Positions 14,985-24,195 of a stretch of 34,028 nt of DNA are shown in pieces (position 1 is the stretch's first letter; each line of letters opens with the position of its first letter). The notes below the pieces were generated by a model, which saw nothing but the letters and a program-made list of their open reading frames with translations, had not been told where the DNA came from and searched no databases. Source of the DNA: a virus (taxonomy: Duplodnaviria; Caudoviricetes); the IMG/VR virus record IMGVR_UViG_3300044210_000023, positions 1-34,028 of that record. One strand, 5' to 3'. A program made the position numbers and the translations under genes.

Positions 14985-15698
14985 ATGAGAATCGCATCGC
15001 TCGGTTTGGCCTGCCTGCTCGTGATCTTGGGGTGCTCGTCCTCTACAACGGGCATCCATGCGCCAAAAGACGCTGGCAGCGACGCGAGCGCATCTGGCGG
15101 TCAGACCGGTCATGATGCCGTGGACGGATTTGGCGGGATGGCCGGCAACGTGGGCACAGGCGGCCCGGGAGGAGGACCGACGACGGGAGCCACTGGAGGA
15201 GCGGGTGGATATGCTCTTGACCTTGGGAGCGACCGCTGGATGCCCGATGCTGGAAGGGGAGGCGCGGACGGAACGGCTCCGCGCGATGCCGCTGCAGACG
15301 TGGCCAGCGACGCCGCACCCGACTATCCTGCCGATCTGGTGGCGATCTCGGAAGTCGCCGTCGCTTCCGACTCCCGGCAGGCCATAGACCTTCCGATCGG
15401 AATCGAGTGTCTTCTGCTCGAGCAGTACGGGTGCCCTGCGGGACAGGGTTGCTACATCTCCAACGTCAACGGCCTCGGCGCCCACTGCTGGGCCGTAGGA
15501 TCCGGCAGGGACGGAGAGACGTGCAGTTCTGGATTCAGCGTCTGCGCGCCCGGGTACGCATGCCAGTCGGCCGCGTGCCATCGCCTGTGCGACACGCGAG
15601 GCGGGGTGTGCCCAACCGGACAAACTTGCAAGGCGCTGTCCGGTCTGTTCGCGGCTGCGATCACCGAGCCAAACGTCGGAATCTGCACGGAGCAGTAG
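14985..15698 (+). CDS. Moron lipoprotein 2, 237 aa, Gly-rich linker plus Cys-rich domain
   Basis: MRIASLGLACLLVILG-C lipobox; 12 Cys in C-terminal about 95 aa (CPAGQGC, CAPGYAC, CPTGQTC). Confidence 0.8.
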   Translation: MRIASLGLACLLVILGCSSSTTGIHAPKDAGSDASASGGQTGHDAVDGFGGMAGNVGTGGPGGGPTTGATGGAGGYALDLGSDRWMPDAGRGGADGTAPRDAAADVASDAAPDYPADLVAISEVAVASDSRQAIDLPIGIECLLLEQYGCPAGQGCYISNVNGLGAHCWAVGSGRDGETCSSGFSVCAPGYACQSAACHRLCDTRGGVCPTGQTCKALSGLFAAAITEPNVGICTEQ

Positions 15699-15721
15699 CG
15701 AATGATGACCGTCGCTCGTCA

Positions 15722-16384
15722 TCAGTAGCCGGTGATCGTGATGGTCAGCTTCGGGCGATACGTGAAGTTGTTCGGGTACGCGATCTCCCACACGTTCGCC
15801 GCCACCAGATCTGCCTTGGCGACGCTGCCTGGGCCAAAGTCGCCTGCGCACACGGCAACGCAAACGGCTGATGTGAAGGCCGCTCGACCTGACAGGGTAA
15901 CGTGGATGTTGTAGCTCGGGCTGCCAACATCCGTTACGAGGAAGGACAGGGTCTTGTACCCGGTGCCAGCAGCGGCGCCAGGAACGCGGACCATGACAGC
16001 GTTGCTGACGGTGCCAGCATTCACGCTCACCTCGCCGGCTCCCGGCGCCCGAGGGTCCGTCGGCCATGGGGTCCAAAACGAAGTGTCGCTCGGCGCAACG
16101 CTCGTGTTGCCAGTGCCGATGCGACGGTAGGTCAACCCATCGGTCCACTGGCAGACATCCCCGGGCGAATAGATCTCCGCGGCGTCGTAGTCCGGGATCC
16201 CTCTTGCCCGCAGGTACAATGACCAGGCGTCGAGCTTGTTCAGGAGCCAGTTGAACCACTGGAACGGGGGTCGGCTCGTGTCGGACCAACCATTCTGCTG
16301 TACGCCGTACGGCGGTTCGATCACTGGAGCACCGACGCCCGCTGCCCACACCATCTGAGTTCTTGTTGGCTGTACAATCGACAT
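15722..16384 (-). CDS. Short tail-fibre protein, 220 aa, with CBM5/12-like motif
   Basis: GW...PPFQWFNWLLN baseplate-attachment motif; YDAAEIYSPGDVCQWTDGLTY. Confidence 0.75.
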   Translation of the reverse strand: MSIVQPTRTQMVWAAGVGAPVIEPPYGVQQNGWSDTSRPPFQWFNWLLNKLDAWSLYLRARGIPDYDAAEIYSPGDVCQWTDGLTYRRIGTGNTSVAPSDTSFWTPWPTDPRAPGAGEVSVNAGTVSNAVMVRVPGAAAGTGYKTLSFLVTDVGSPSYNIHVTLSGRAAFTSAVCVAVCAGDFGPGSVAKADLVAANVWEIAYPNNFTYRPKLTITITGY

Positions 16385-16385
16385 G

Positions 16386-17105
16386 TCAGATCACTCCTGC
16401 GAAGCTTCCTGTTGGGTAGTTTGCGGCATCAATGAATCCGGCGTCACCGGGAAAGATCGGTGTCCCCAGGTTATTGGCGTCACTGAAGTTGAACACGTCA
16501 GTGGCTCCCGACTCCGAGATGGTCAGCGAGACGCCGCTCGGCTTGGGAAGGATGCCACCGGGAATCTGGCTGATACCGGACGTGATTTGCAGAATGCTTC
16601 TCTCGTCTGCGGTGAGGCGCCGCATGATCTGCACGTGCATGGCCATGCCTCCCAGGTCGTCGACGATGATCCTCGTCCCGACGCCATTAGGGTCGAACAG
16701 ACGGAGCAACTGCTCCCGTATGTTGGGGACGTCGCCCGTGCAGCTATTCCGAGCGATTCTAGCCATCACGAGAAAGAAGAACTCGCTGTCTGATAGTCGG
16801 TCACCATTGGGAAGGACGGGGACAACGCCAACCATCTGTCCGATGATTCGCAATTGCTCATGCGACGCATGGATGCTGTTCTCGACGTAGTTTCCGGATA
16901 TGTCCGTGGCGTAGATGCTGGTGTTTGGATTGAGCACATGACCAATCCTCTGAAAAAGGTTCTCCAGGTCTTGCCCAATGCCATAGACGCCAGTGAGCAA
17001 AGCCACGAGCTTTGGGCTATTGACGTATTGGCTCACCAAGCGCCCGAGCCCTTGCGTGCTTGGGTCAGCCACCTTGCCGACAAGATCGAGGTAAGCGCTC
17101 GCCAT
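16386..17105 (-). CDS. Baseplate wedge protein (DUF2612-like), 239 aa
   Basis: SQYVNSPKL, EQLRIIGQMVG, LSDSEF, ILPKPSGV; follows baseplate J with TGATG overlap. Confidence 0.8.
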   Translation of the reverse strand: MASAYLDLVGKVADPSTQGLGRLVSQYVNSPKLVALLTGVYGIGQDLENLFQRIGHVLNPNTSIYATDISGNYVENSIHASHEQLRIIGQMVGVVPVLPNGDRLSDSEFFFLVMARIARNSCTGDVPNIREQLLRLFDPNGVGTRIIVDDLGGMAMHVQIMRRLTADERSILQITSGISQIPGGILPKPSGVSLTISESGATDVFNFSDANNLGTPIFPGDAGFIDAANYPTGSFAGVI

Positions 17106-18388
17106 CAGGACACCGTCACCTGGATATCGCCCGAAACGATGCTGGCGAGCTTGTTGAAATCGATCGGAACGTTGGCGCCATTGGCGAGCCATGTTGACCC
17201 GGCGTCGATGCTGAATTGCATGCTCGTGAAATTGAAGCCTGCCACCGTGTTGATGAACGATGCGAGGACATCTGTCCACGATAGGTTACCGTTTCCATCC
17301 CCGCCAATCTGAATGTTCGGCTTTCCGGTGTCGGCATTGGTTCCAGCGACCCAGGTGGCAATTGCAGCCTTGATACGGTCGGCTCCGTCGAGCTGCCAGG
17401 AGGCGCGCTTGACGATGGCGATCCTCACCAGGACGCGGACGGCCTCGGCATCATCGTAGTGGATGACATGCGGGTGCCCTTGATCGTCGATGGCCGTCTT
17501 GGTTCTCCTTCCAGCTGTGGAGCAGCCACCCGACTTGAGCAGAAGGATCTTGTTGGCGATGAGATCCGTAGCGTGAGGCAATTCCGGATCGGCATCAGAT
17601 CCAGGCTCGACCGCGCACACGACATAAACGCTGTGGGGAGGGATGATCCCACCATTCATCGCGACGGGATTGTCCCCGTCGTTTTCCCACACCACCGCCT
17701 GGTGCACGCCCTCGGTCTGCATCGACTGCAGGGCCGCTTGCAGGCCGTCGGTCATGTTCTGGGACGCAATCGCGACGCTCTGCTGGCGCCTGACCCGAAG
17801 ATTCGTATCCCCTTCCTGCAGGTAGCCTGAAACTCCGACCGAGTTGATCACGCTTACCCAGCCATCTCCTGGTGACGTGATGGGCGTCATGATCTGGGTC
17901 AGAGATCCGGCCGGCACATTTCCGCTCGCTGGCGGACCGATGGTCGAGCACTTCAGGGTTCCGCTGGCGGTGCCGCCTGAGCCGATGGTGATGGCCGTGG
18001 TTGGTGACCACAACGTCTGATCGAGCGTCGATTTGACCACCGCCGTGGTCGGAATGACGGTTCCGCTCGTGCCCGTGAATGTGGCAGGCGCCGTGCTGTA
18101 GCTGGCATGGTTGCGCGCGATCCCGGTGAGGTAGGCCATGCCGGAAAGGAACGAGCCCTTCGCGGCGTTTGGGTTCGCCAGCGATTGCCACAGGTCGAAA
18201 GCCAGACCGTTCAAGTCGTCGAACATCTCGGCGATCCCACCGATGATTTGGCCGTCCGGGCTGCGCGGATCGAGGTCCGCGTCTTGGCCATAGGCCGCGT
18301 AGAAGAGTTGGTTCAGCGCAGCCACGATCTCGGTCATCGGAGCACGCTGGAAACCAGATATTGTAAGCTGCGAACTGAACAGGGTCAT
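17105..18388 (-). CDS. Baseplate J/gp47-family protein, 427 aa
   Basis: DLDPRSPDGQIIG, TFTGTSGTVIP, EGDTNLRVR, PPHSVYV motifs. Confidence 0.9.
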   Translation of the reverse strand: MTLFSSQLTISGFQRAPMTEIVAALNQLFYAAYGQDADLDPRSPDGQIIGGIAEMFDDLNGLAFDLWQSLANPNAAKGSFLSGMAYLTGIARNHASYSTAPATFTGTSGTVIPTTAVVKSTLDQTLWSPTTAITIGSGGTASGTLKCSTIGPPASGNVPAGSLTQIMTPITSPGDGWVSVINSVGVSGYLQEGDTNLRVRRQQSVAIASQNMTDGLQAALQSMQTEGVHQAVVWENDGDNPVAMNGGIIPPHSVYVVCAVEPGSDADPELPHATDLIANKILLLKSGGCSTAGRRTKTAIDDQGHPHVIHYDDAEAVRVLVRIAIVKRASWQLDGADRIKAAIATWVAGTNADTGKPNIQIGGDGNGNLSWTDVLASFINTVAGFNFTSMQFSIDAGSTWLANGANVPIDFNKLASIVSGDIQVTVS

Positions 18389-18765
18389 AGAATTCCCTCG
18401 GTGATGGCGAAGGCGGTCCCGGTCTCAAGCAGGCCGGAGATTCGACAGGTCGCCGCCCGCGTGGCGTGATTGAGGTCCAGCGTGAACGACGTCAGCGACT
18501 TCACGCCGTCGATCCGAAGGACGGCTGCCTTAATCGTCGCCTCGGCGTAGGAAATGTCAGTGGGGAAGCGTCCGAGTATCGCGTCCGCGCCCGCATTGCG
18601 ATTGCGAATCCAAGGCACACCCTTCGTTACGTCGAGAAACCACTCGCCTAGGATGATTCGCAGCTCACAGCGCACCGTCTGGGCGATAGCCTCTGCACCC
18701 TGGCAGAAGTTGGCCAGGCCGTGCCCGCCGGTGATGTCATCGTTTACGAGTCGCCTGCAGATCAT
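18385..18765 (-). CDS. Baseplate wedge gp25-like protein, 126 aa
   Basis: AIAQTVRCELRIILGEWFLDVTKGVPW; ATGA overlap. Confidence 0.8.
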   Translation of the reverse strand: MICRRLVNDDITGGHGLANFCQGAEAIAQTVRCELRIILGEWFLDVTKGVPWIRNRNAGADAILGRFPTDISYAEATIKAAVLRIDGVKSLTSFTLDLNHATRAATCRISGLLETGTAFAITEGIL

Positions 18766-18767
18766 GG

Positions 18768-19469
18768 CTACGTCTTCCCCGCGTGGACGCGCGCGCACCC
18801 TCCGCCAAGGAAGCCGTGGGTGAACCCCAGGATAGGGCATGGATCTGCACCAGTGAGCACGCCGGTTACCATCTGGACAGCGGCGGCGGAGCCGCCGGGA
18901 ACGTTGAGCGTCACCTTGCCCGTCACGGCCGTGACCTCGATGTTCCCTTCTGCGGACGTGGCCTTGATGTTGCCACCGTCGTCGATTTTGACCACCGCCT
19001 TTCCATCGAGCGATCGTAACTCGACTGCGCCGGTGGCGAAGTTCTGCACCACGTTTCCCAGGCTCGACACGCCAACCTGAGCGAAGGCGTCCGACAGATC
19101 ATGCGTGCGAAACTCGGATGGTGGCTGCACGCCGCCCTTCGCGTGCCAGTTGTCGATCGCCCGTTCGGAGAAATGTAGGACGCACTCGTCTCCCTTCCTC
19201 ACGGGAAAGGTCAGCACGTACCCTCCCCCTCGGGGAAAGACCACCGGGACATCGAACAGACGCGGCAGCGGCTTGAAGCCTTCCCCGCGAAAAAACCGCT
19301 CGATCGCGGGCTGCACGGATGCTGTCTGCTTTGCGGCGTCGAAGCTCTGCACGATGCCTGGCCCGCTGGTGTGGATGTCCAGGCGGCTGGCCTGCACGTG
19401 TGCGCGCACGCCTGCGTCCGCGTCGCCTGATGCTGCTTCCTCGAATTGCCTTCGGCTCAGCAGGTCCAT
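18768..19469 (-). CDS. Baseplate spike (Gp138-like), 233 aa
   Basis: PGIVQSFD, DVPVVFPRGG, FPVRKGDEC, RTHDLSDAF; TAATG overlap. Confidence 0.88.
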   Translation of the reverse strand: MDLLSRRQFEEAASGDADAGVRAHVQASRLDIHTSGPGIVQSFDAAKQTASVQPAIERFFRGEGFKPLPRLFDVPVVFPRGGGYVLTFPVRKGDECVLHFSERAIDNWHAKGGVQPPSEFRTHDLSDAFAQVGVSSLGNVVQNFATGAVELRSLDGKAVVKIDDGGNIKATSAEGNIEVTAVTGKVTLNVPGGSAAAVQMVTGVLTGADPCPILGFTHGFLGGGCARVHAGKT

Positions 19470-20458
19470 TACAGGATGTCTCCGTCGGGGGTTGAGGATT
19501 GCGGGAGCCCCTTGATGGACGGGATAGGCGAGTCGAGGGCCACGCACTTCACCTCTGACACCCATTCCTGACTGCGGGTGTCGCCAACGATGTGGACAGC
19601 ATAGACTTTGTAAATGCCGTCTGGGTCGGTGCGCACCGGCCGCTTTGGCCCATGCAGTTTGCGCTTCTGCCCCGTCAGCACGGGCTTGAGGTGCTTCATC
19701 TTCACCTCGTTGTTCTGCAGCCACAGCTTCGAGCCCGGGATGATCCGGTGGTCCAGCAGCAGCTTCATGCCGATGCCCTTGTCGTTCACCTCGGGCGCGC
19801 TCAGCAGGCCGGTTTCAGACGACACCATGACCGCCTCGTTGGGCAGAGTCGAGTCGACCGGGATCATGACCAGCTTGCCGTCCTGGATGGACCACTCCGC
19901 GTCGTTGTTCTCGGCGATGCGGTCGAGCAAATCGCGCGCGTTGCCCGAGAACGACCGCGCCCGCGAACGCTTGGCGTGCAGGGTCTTGCCAGCGATGTGT
20001 CCGAGCGTGGTCGCGCGGAAGGATGTGGCCAGCTGCCGGATCACGTCGGCATCCGAATGCCCCGCCGTCAGAGTGAAGTTCACCAGGGCGCCGCCGAAGT
20101 CCTTGTCGCCGTCCGCGCAGTTGAGCTCACAAAGGCGGTCGTTGCCCTCGCGATAGAAATTGCAGAAGCGGATGTTGCCCCGGAAGAACAGGCGCGTCTC
20201 GTCCTGGTACCCACCCTGCAGGACCACGTCGTTGAACTCGCCCCTCACCTGGTTTTCGTGAGTCTGGTTCAGGTTCCAGATCCAGATCGTGGCGACGTTC
20301 GGGGTCCGATAGATCGTCTTCGTGATGTCGAACTTGATGCGCAGGTCCTCGATGGCCAGCCCTGATGCTGGCGACACGTTGCCGTCGCCGTCCTTGCCGA
20401 CGAGGATCCGGCACTTTCGCAGCCACTTCGAAGTCTGCAGCGAGGTCAGCGAGGTCAC
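19469..20458 (-). CDS. Baseplate hub protein, 329 aa
   Basis: LRIKFDITKT..PNVATIWIWNL, LQGGY, DGD, WSIQDG, TGLLSAPE; GTGA overlap. Confidence 0.82.
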   Translation of the reverse strand: MTSLTSLQTSKWLRKCRILVGKDGDGNVSPASGLAIEDLRIKFDITKTIYRTPNVATIWIWNLNQTHENQVRGEFNDVVLQGGYQDETRLFFRGNIRFCNFYREGNDRLCELNCADGDKDFGGALVNFTLTAGHSDADVIRQLATSFRATTLGHIAGKTLHAKRSRARSFSGNARDLLDRIAENNDAEWSIQDGKLVMIPVDSTLPNEAVMVSSETGLLSAPEVNDKGIGMKLLLDHRIIPGSKLWLQNNEVKMKHLKPVLTGQKRKLHGPKRPVRTDPDGIYKVYAVHIVGDTRSQEWVSEVKCVALDSPIPSIKGLPQSSTPDGDIL

Positions 20459-20808
20459 CCCAGCACCTCCCCCGGAGGGACGTACACCACGACCACGCGC
20501 GTGCCGAGGTCGTCGGGCCCGGCGTCCGTGGACTGTGCGAGCATGCCGGCGGCTTCCTGGGCAGCCGACGCCGACATGTCCAGCGCGTACATCGAGCCGA
20601 TGCCGAGCGCGTAGGGGGCCAGCAGGTCGCAGCCGAGCACGATCGCAACGCCGGCCGCAAGAACCTCGCCCGTCTTCACCAGGACCAGGTCGAACGACCA
20701 TACGCTGCTGCGCTCGTTGTACCGAGTGGTAAATTCGTACTCCTCCCCTCCCAGCATCGTGCTGAATTTGGCGTTGGGGTCCGAGGTGAAGAGCAGTGTC
20801 TGGATCAT
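20455..20808 (-). CDS. Small baseplate (plug-like) protein, 117 aa
   Basis: F...LGG..Y.F..RYNER..WSFDL; conserved position. Confidence 0.75.
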   Translation of the reverse strand: MIQTLLFTSDPNAKFSTMLGGEEYEFTTRYNERSSVWSFDLVLVKTGEVLAAGVAIVLGCDLLAPYALGIGSMYALDMSASAAQEAAGMLAQSTDAGPDDLGTRVVVVYVPPGEVLG

Positions 20809-21440
20809 TTTCCACGCCCCAGCAGCCGCGAAAGAGCCGACACCCTATTCTTCTTGTCGTCCGTCGCCTCCGGCGCTTCGACCCTGCCCTTGTCAACCTT
20901 GGCAGCGGCGGTCCTTTGCGTCTTCTTCGGGCCACGCGGCGGATAGAGCACCGACGCTGTGGTCGCGAACGTGACCCTATGCAGTCGCAGCTTTGCCCGC
21001 AGGATGCCGGACGAATCTTTCGTCTGCTCAGCGTTGCCGCTCTCGATCATCATGTTGGTGTAGACCTGCAGGCCGGTCACGACGTCGAACACTGCAAACG
21101 CCTTGGCCTTATCCTTCAGGTACTCCCAGCAGACCACCGACCGTCGGACGTTACCCTTCCCGGCTCCCGTCCACGTCGTGGCGAGCTGGTAGGAAGGCGT
21201 GCCGGCGTCGTCCGCGATCAGGGGCGTATCGGAAACCGCCACCTCCATCTCGAGCATGTCCGGCTTCGCGTATGCGTGATCGGCCATGCTAACGCCGGTC
21301 TCGACCGGGTTCTCGGTGATTGCAATCTCGAAGCTGTGCCCTTCGCGCAGAACGGAGTCGAACTCTGCTACTTCGGGCAGGCTGGTCACCTCGTCCGTGC
21401 CAAAGTCGAACTTGCGCTGGACGACAAACGTCCGAGCCAT
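20805..21440 (-). CDS. Baseplate/tail-tube initiator protein, 211 aa
   Basis: EGHSFEIAITENPVETG...DHA, VVTGLQVYTNMMI; follows tape measure. Confidence 0.8.
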   Translation of the reverse strand: MARTFVVQRKFDFGTDEVTSLPEVAEFDSVLREGHSFEIAITENPVETGVSMADHAYAKPDMLEMEVAVSDTPLIADDAGTPSYQLATTWTGAGKGNVRRSVVCWEYLKDKAKAFAVFDVVTGLQVYTNMMIESGNAEQTKDSSGILRAKLRLHRVTFATTASVLYPPRGPKKTQRTAAAKVDKGRVEAPEATDDKKNRVSALSRLLGRGK

Positions 21441-23062
21441 CAGCGCACCCCCGATTGTCCGTTGCGGGTCTGCTCCCGAGCCGCCTGCTGGATGCGGTTC
21501 CAGGTCTCCTTACCGTTCGCAGCTTCATGCACATGCACCTCTCCGATGTGCATGCTGTTGTCCGTTGACGCGTGAGCGATCGTCGCCGATCCGCGGGGCG
21601 TGAGCCATGACGGCTGGCCGCTGGGATCCTCAGCGATCCAGGGCTTCCAATTCGCAGTGGCCTGACCGAGGTTGACCGTCGAGTTGCGGAACTTCCTGTT
21701 CACGTCGATGTCCATCTCGGACGTGTCGAAGCCTCCGCCGGTCGCGAGCTGCAAGGCTCCTCGCAGTGGTCCTGGGATGCTGTTCCAAGTCTTGGCAACG
21801 GCATTGCCCATGCCGTCCCAGAGATCGTCCCACCACTCGGCGATGGGATCCCATGAATCGCGCAATTCCTTCGCCACCACGACAAGGCCGGTAATCCCAA
21901 GGATGGTCAGACCAATGGCCCCGCTGCCGGTGGAGATGGCGAGCAGGGCTGCGCCCAATGCTCCGATCGCTGCGATTGCCACTTCGACCGCATAAGGGAA
22001 GCGCTCGAGGAGCCAGCCCGTGACGCTGGTCCCGCCTTCGTAGAACACCCACAGGTCCTCGATCACCAGGCCGAGGGCTGCGAGTAGCCCGCCGGTGAGG
22101 ATGCCCGCGATGCCTTTGAACCCGCCCTTCAGCATCTCGGCCGCGCCGGCTCCGGTGGTCAGGTGCTTGGATACGCTGGCCAGTTGCTGCCCCCAGCCCA
22201 TGAACATTGCGCCGTATTTGTGCGCGTAGATCACGCCCAGGACGGCCGCGATACCCTTCCAGTTGTCGACCAGCAACTGCACGACCTTGACCACGCCGTT
22301 GACCGCATCCTGGATCTTCCGGATGTTCTTCTCGTCGGCGGTCCAAGCCATGAACTTCTTGAGCAGGTCGTTGACGGTGGGCATGAGCCCCACCGCCAGC
22401 CGATCCTTCAGCCTCTTGGTCGACGCCTCGGCCTTCAAGAACAACTTGTCCGTCATTTCGGCGAGCTTGTAATCCTTCGCCGCGAACGGGTTGGCGTTCA
22501 GGGCGTTGTCGCGCAGCTGTTCGAAATTCTTCACGCCCTCCGTGAGCATGGGGATCAGCTTCGGGTCGATGCCCAGGGCGTTGGCCATGGCCAGACGCTT
22601 GCCCGTGCCGGCGGCCTGCATCTTCTCGATCACGTCCGCCATGATCTCGTTGAAGGTCTTCACGTCACCGGTCGCCGCGTTCTTTGCGGTCAAGCCGAAC
22701 CGGCGGAGCATCATCTGCGCACGCGGGAACCCAGATGCAGCTTGGCCGACGACAGCGTTCAAGCTCGAGATCGTCGACTGCATCGCCTCCATCGAGGAGT
22801 CGTGCTCTGCCGCCACCTTACCGAGCGCGGCGACCTCGCGGGCTGACATGTTCACCCGCTCCGAGAAGTCCTGGATGTCTCCCATGCGCTCGGCCGAGCT
22901 GCGCACCATGTGGGCGATTCCGTACGCGGCTCCGCTGATGGCTACGCCCAGTCCCAGCGCCATTCCCTTGGCCTGGTCGACCGCCTTGGCAAAGCCATGC
23001 AAGCCCGACGGATCGGTCTGGAATCCGAGACGGACGAGCAGGCTGTCGATGATGGTCGGCAT
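21440..23062 (-). CDS. Tape measure protein, 540 aa
   Basis: IIDSLLVRLGF N-terminus, Ala/Gly-rich helical body, LVIEDLW..GG.S..G motif; follows chaperones. Confidence 0.88.
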   Translation of the reverse strand: MPTIIDSLLVRLGFQTDPSGLHGFAKAVDQAKGMALGLGVAISGAAYGIAHMVRSSAERMGDIQDFSERVNMSAREVAALGKVAAEHDSSMEAMQSTISSLNAVVGQAASGFPRAQMMLRRFGLTAKNAATGDVKTFNEIMADVIEKMQAAGTGKRLAMANALGIDPKLIPMLTEGVKNFEQLRDNALNANPFAAKDYKLAEMTDKLFLKAEASTKRLKDRLAVGLMPTVNDLLKKFMAWTADEKNIRKIQDAVNGVVKVVQLLVDNWKGIAAVLGVIYAHKYGAMFMGWGQQLASVSKHLTTGAGAAEMLKGGFKGIAGILTGGLLAALGLVIEDLWVFYEGGTSVTGWLLERFPYAVEVAIAAIGALGAALLAISTGSGAIGLTILGITGLVVVAKELRDSWDPIAEWWDDLWDGMGNAVAKTWNSIPGPLRGALQLATGGGFDTSEMDIDVNRKFRNSTVNLGQATANWKPWIAEDPSGQPSWLTPRGSATIAHASTDNSMHIGEVHVHEAANGKETWNRIQQAAREQTRNGQSGVR

Positions 23063-23293
23063 CTACGGGTCTTTTCTTCTGCGCGCCTCGTCCCAGGCCC
23101 GGTATCGGCGCCTCATCTCAGTCTCCATGTCCATGAATTCGTGCATGTCCATCAGGTCGCAGATCGAATAGGTGTGTGGTCCCGTTTCAGTGAGCTGCCA
23201 GAGCTCGCATAGCGGCGGGTCTCGTGCGACCGGCCGCCAGATCCAATAGTCTATGTTGTCAGACTCGACGAGCTCTGGACCGTCTTCTTTTTT
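23063..23293 (-). CDS. Tail assembly chaperone extension (gpT-like), expressed by -1 frameshift
   Basis: -1 frame KKEDGPEL...WRPV...YSICDLMDMHE has no start of its own and abuts the tape measure gene. Confidence 0.75.
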   Translation of the reverse strand, partial: KKEDGPELVESDNIDYWIWRPVARDPPLCELWQLTETGPHTYSICDLMDMHEFMDMETEMRRRYRAWDEARRRKDP

Positions 23294-23691
23294 GAGGCGA
23301 ACCTTCTGGCGAGGCCTTCGCCTAAAGGGCCGAGGTTGTACTCGATGGCTGCGGCGAACGTCTCCCAAACGTCCCAAGGACGCTCGGCGAAGTCCTCGTT
23401 CAGGTCACGGAATGGCTTCCCGTCGATCGTGACGTAAGCGAACAGCATGTTCATCAGGCGCTCGAGCTCGGCCAGCGTGAGCTTCTGGGCGATGCCGGCC
23501 ACCATTTCGGCGAGGCCGATGGCGATGGCCGCGTCCAGCTGACCCTTACTCGCAGACATCGCAGAGCTGATGTCCACGCTGCCCGCCACCTTGGCGATCG
23601 AGAGCTCCAGGTCCAGCGCCTGCACGGCCGCACACCGATTGATTCTGACGGTGCGCCCTCCGATGACTTTCTCCATTGTCGCGAACGCCAT
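23251..23691 (-). CDS. Tail assembly chaperone (gpG-like), 146 aa
   Basis: Between tube and tape measure; slippery heptamer near the 3' end. Confidence 0.8.
   Translation of the reverse strand: MAFATMEKVIGGRTVRINRCAAVQALDLELSIAKVAGSVDISSAMSASKGQLDAAIAIGLAEMVAGIAQKLTLAELERLMNMLFAYVTIDGKPFRDLNEDFAERPWDVWETFAAAIEYNLGPLGEGLARRFASKKKTVQSSSSLTT
23287..23293 (-). other. Programmed -1 frameshift site A AAA AAG
   Basis: TCA AAA AAG in frame 0; -1 frame open to 23063. Confidence 0.8.
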
Positions 23692-23694
23692 GGC

Positions 23695-24159
23695 TTAGCC
23701 CAGGGCCTCCGCCAGAGCCGTCGGCATGCCAGCGAACGCAGGATCTCCGAGGTCGAAGAAGATCTCTGGGAAAATGAACGTCCACTCGGTGTTGTTCTGC
23801 TTGGTGCCGCGGGTGTAGTTCGCCGGCTTCAGAATGAACCCCGGAGCGCTGGCCACGCCGTCGCCGCGGTAGGTGTCGGCCTGGGTCACCACCACGGGGA
23901 TGAACCCCTCGAGGTAGTCCTCGGCCGCCGCCAGCTTGTTGAGATAGGCATTCGCGGGCGACGTCTGCTGCAACTTGATCGTCACCTTGCCCGACTTGTC
24001 CGCGCTCAGGCTCACGACCATCTTGCCGTCGCACCCAACTTCGTACTCCGCCAGGTTCGCGTTTCGCTCTGCCTGAAAAGCGTCGTCGCCGCTCGCCCAG
24101 TTGGTGATCGGGACGTTGTTCACACATGTGAGGAGCTTTCGCCAATCGTAAAATTTCAT
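23695..24159 (-). CDS. Tail tube protein (DUF3277-like), 154 aa
   Basis: VGCDG, SGKVTIKLQQTSPANAYL, EWTF. Confidence 0.85.
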   Translation of the reverse strand: MKFYDWRKLLTCVNNVPITNWASGDDAFQAERNANLAEYEVGCDGKMVVSLSADKSGKVTIKLQQTSPANAYLNKLAAAEDYLEGFIPVVVTQADTYRGDGVASAPGFILKPANYTRGTKQNNTEWTFIFPEIFFDLGDPAFAGMPTALAEALG

Positions 24160-24195
24160 GAATCCTGTTCTCCTTCCTCGTCGTCGCGCCTACGG

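Noticed and set aside
14625-16349. 574-aa minus-strand ORF and many other long Arg/Pro-rich ORFs (e.g. 11491-12762, 13521-14567, 23546-24838, 27153-28559)
   Set aside because: Shadow or alternate frames of well-supported genes in high-GC DNA; no motifs or start signals
9872-16384. Diversity-generating retroelement or invertible tail-fibre cassette
   Set aside because: No reverse transcriptase, invertase, template/variable repeat pair or flanking inverted repeats seen
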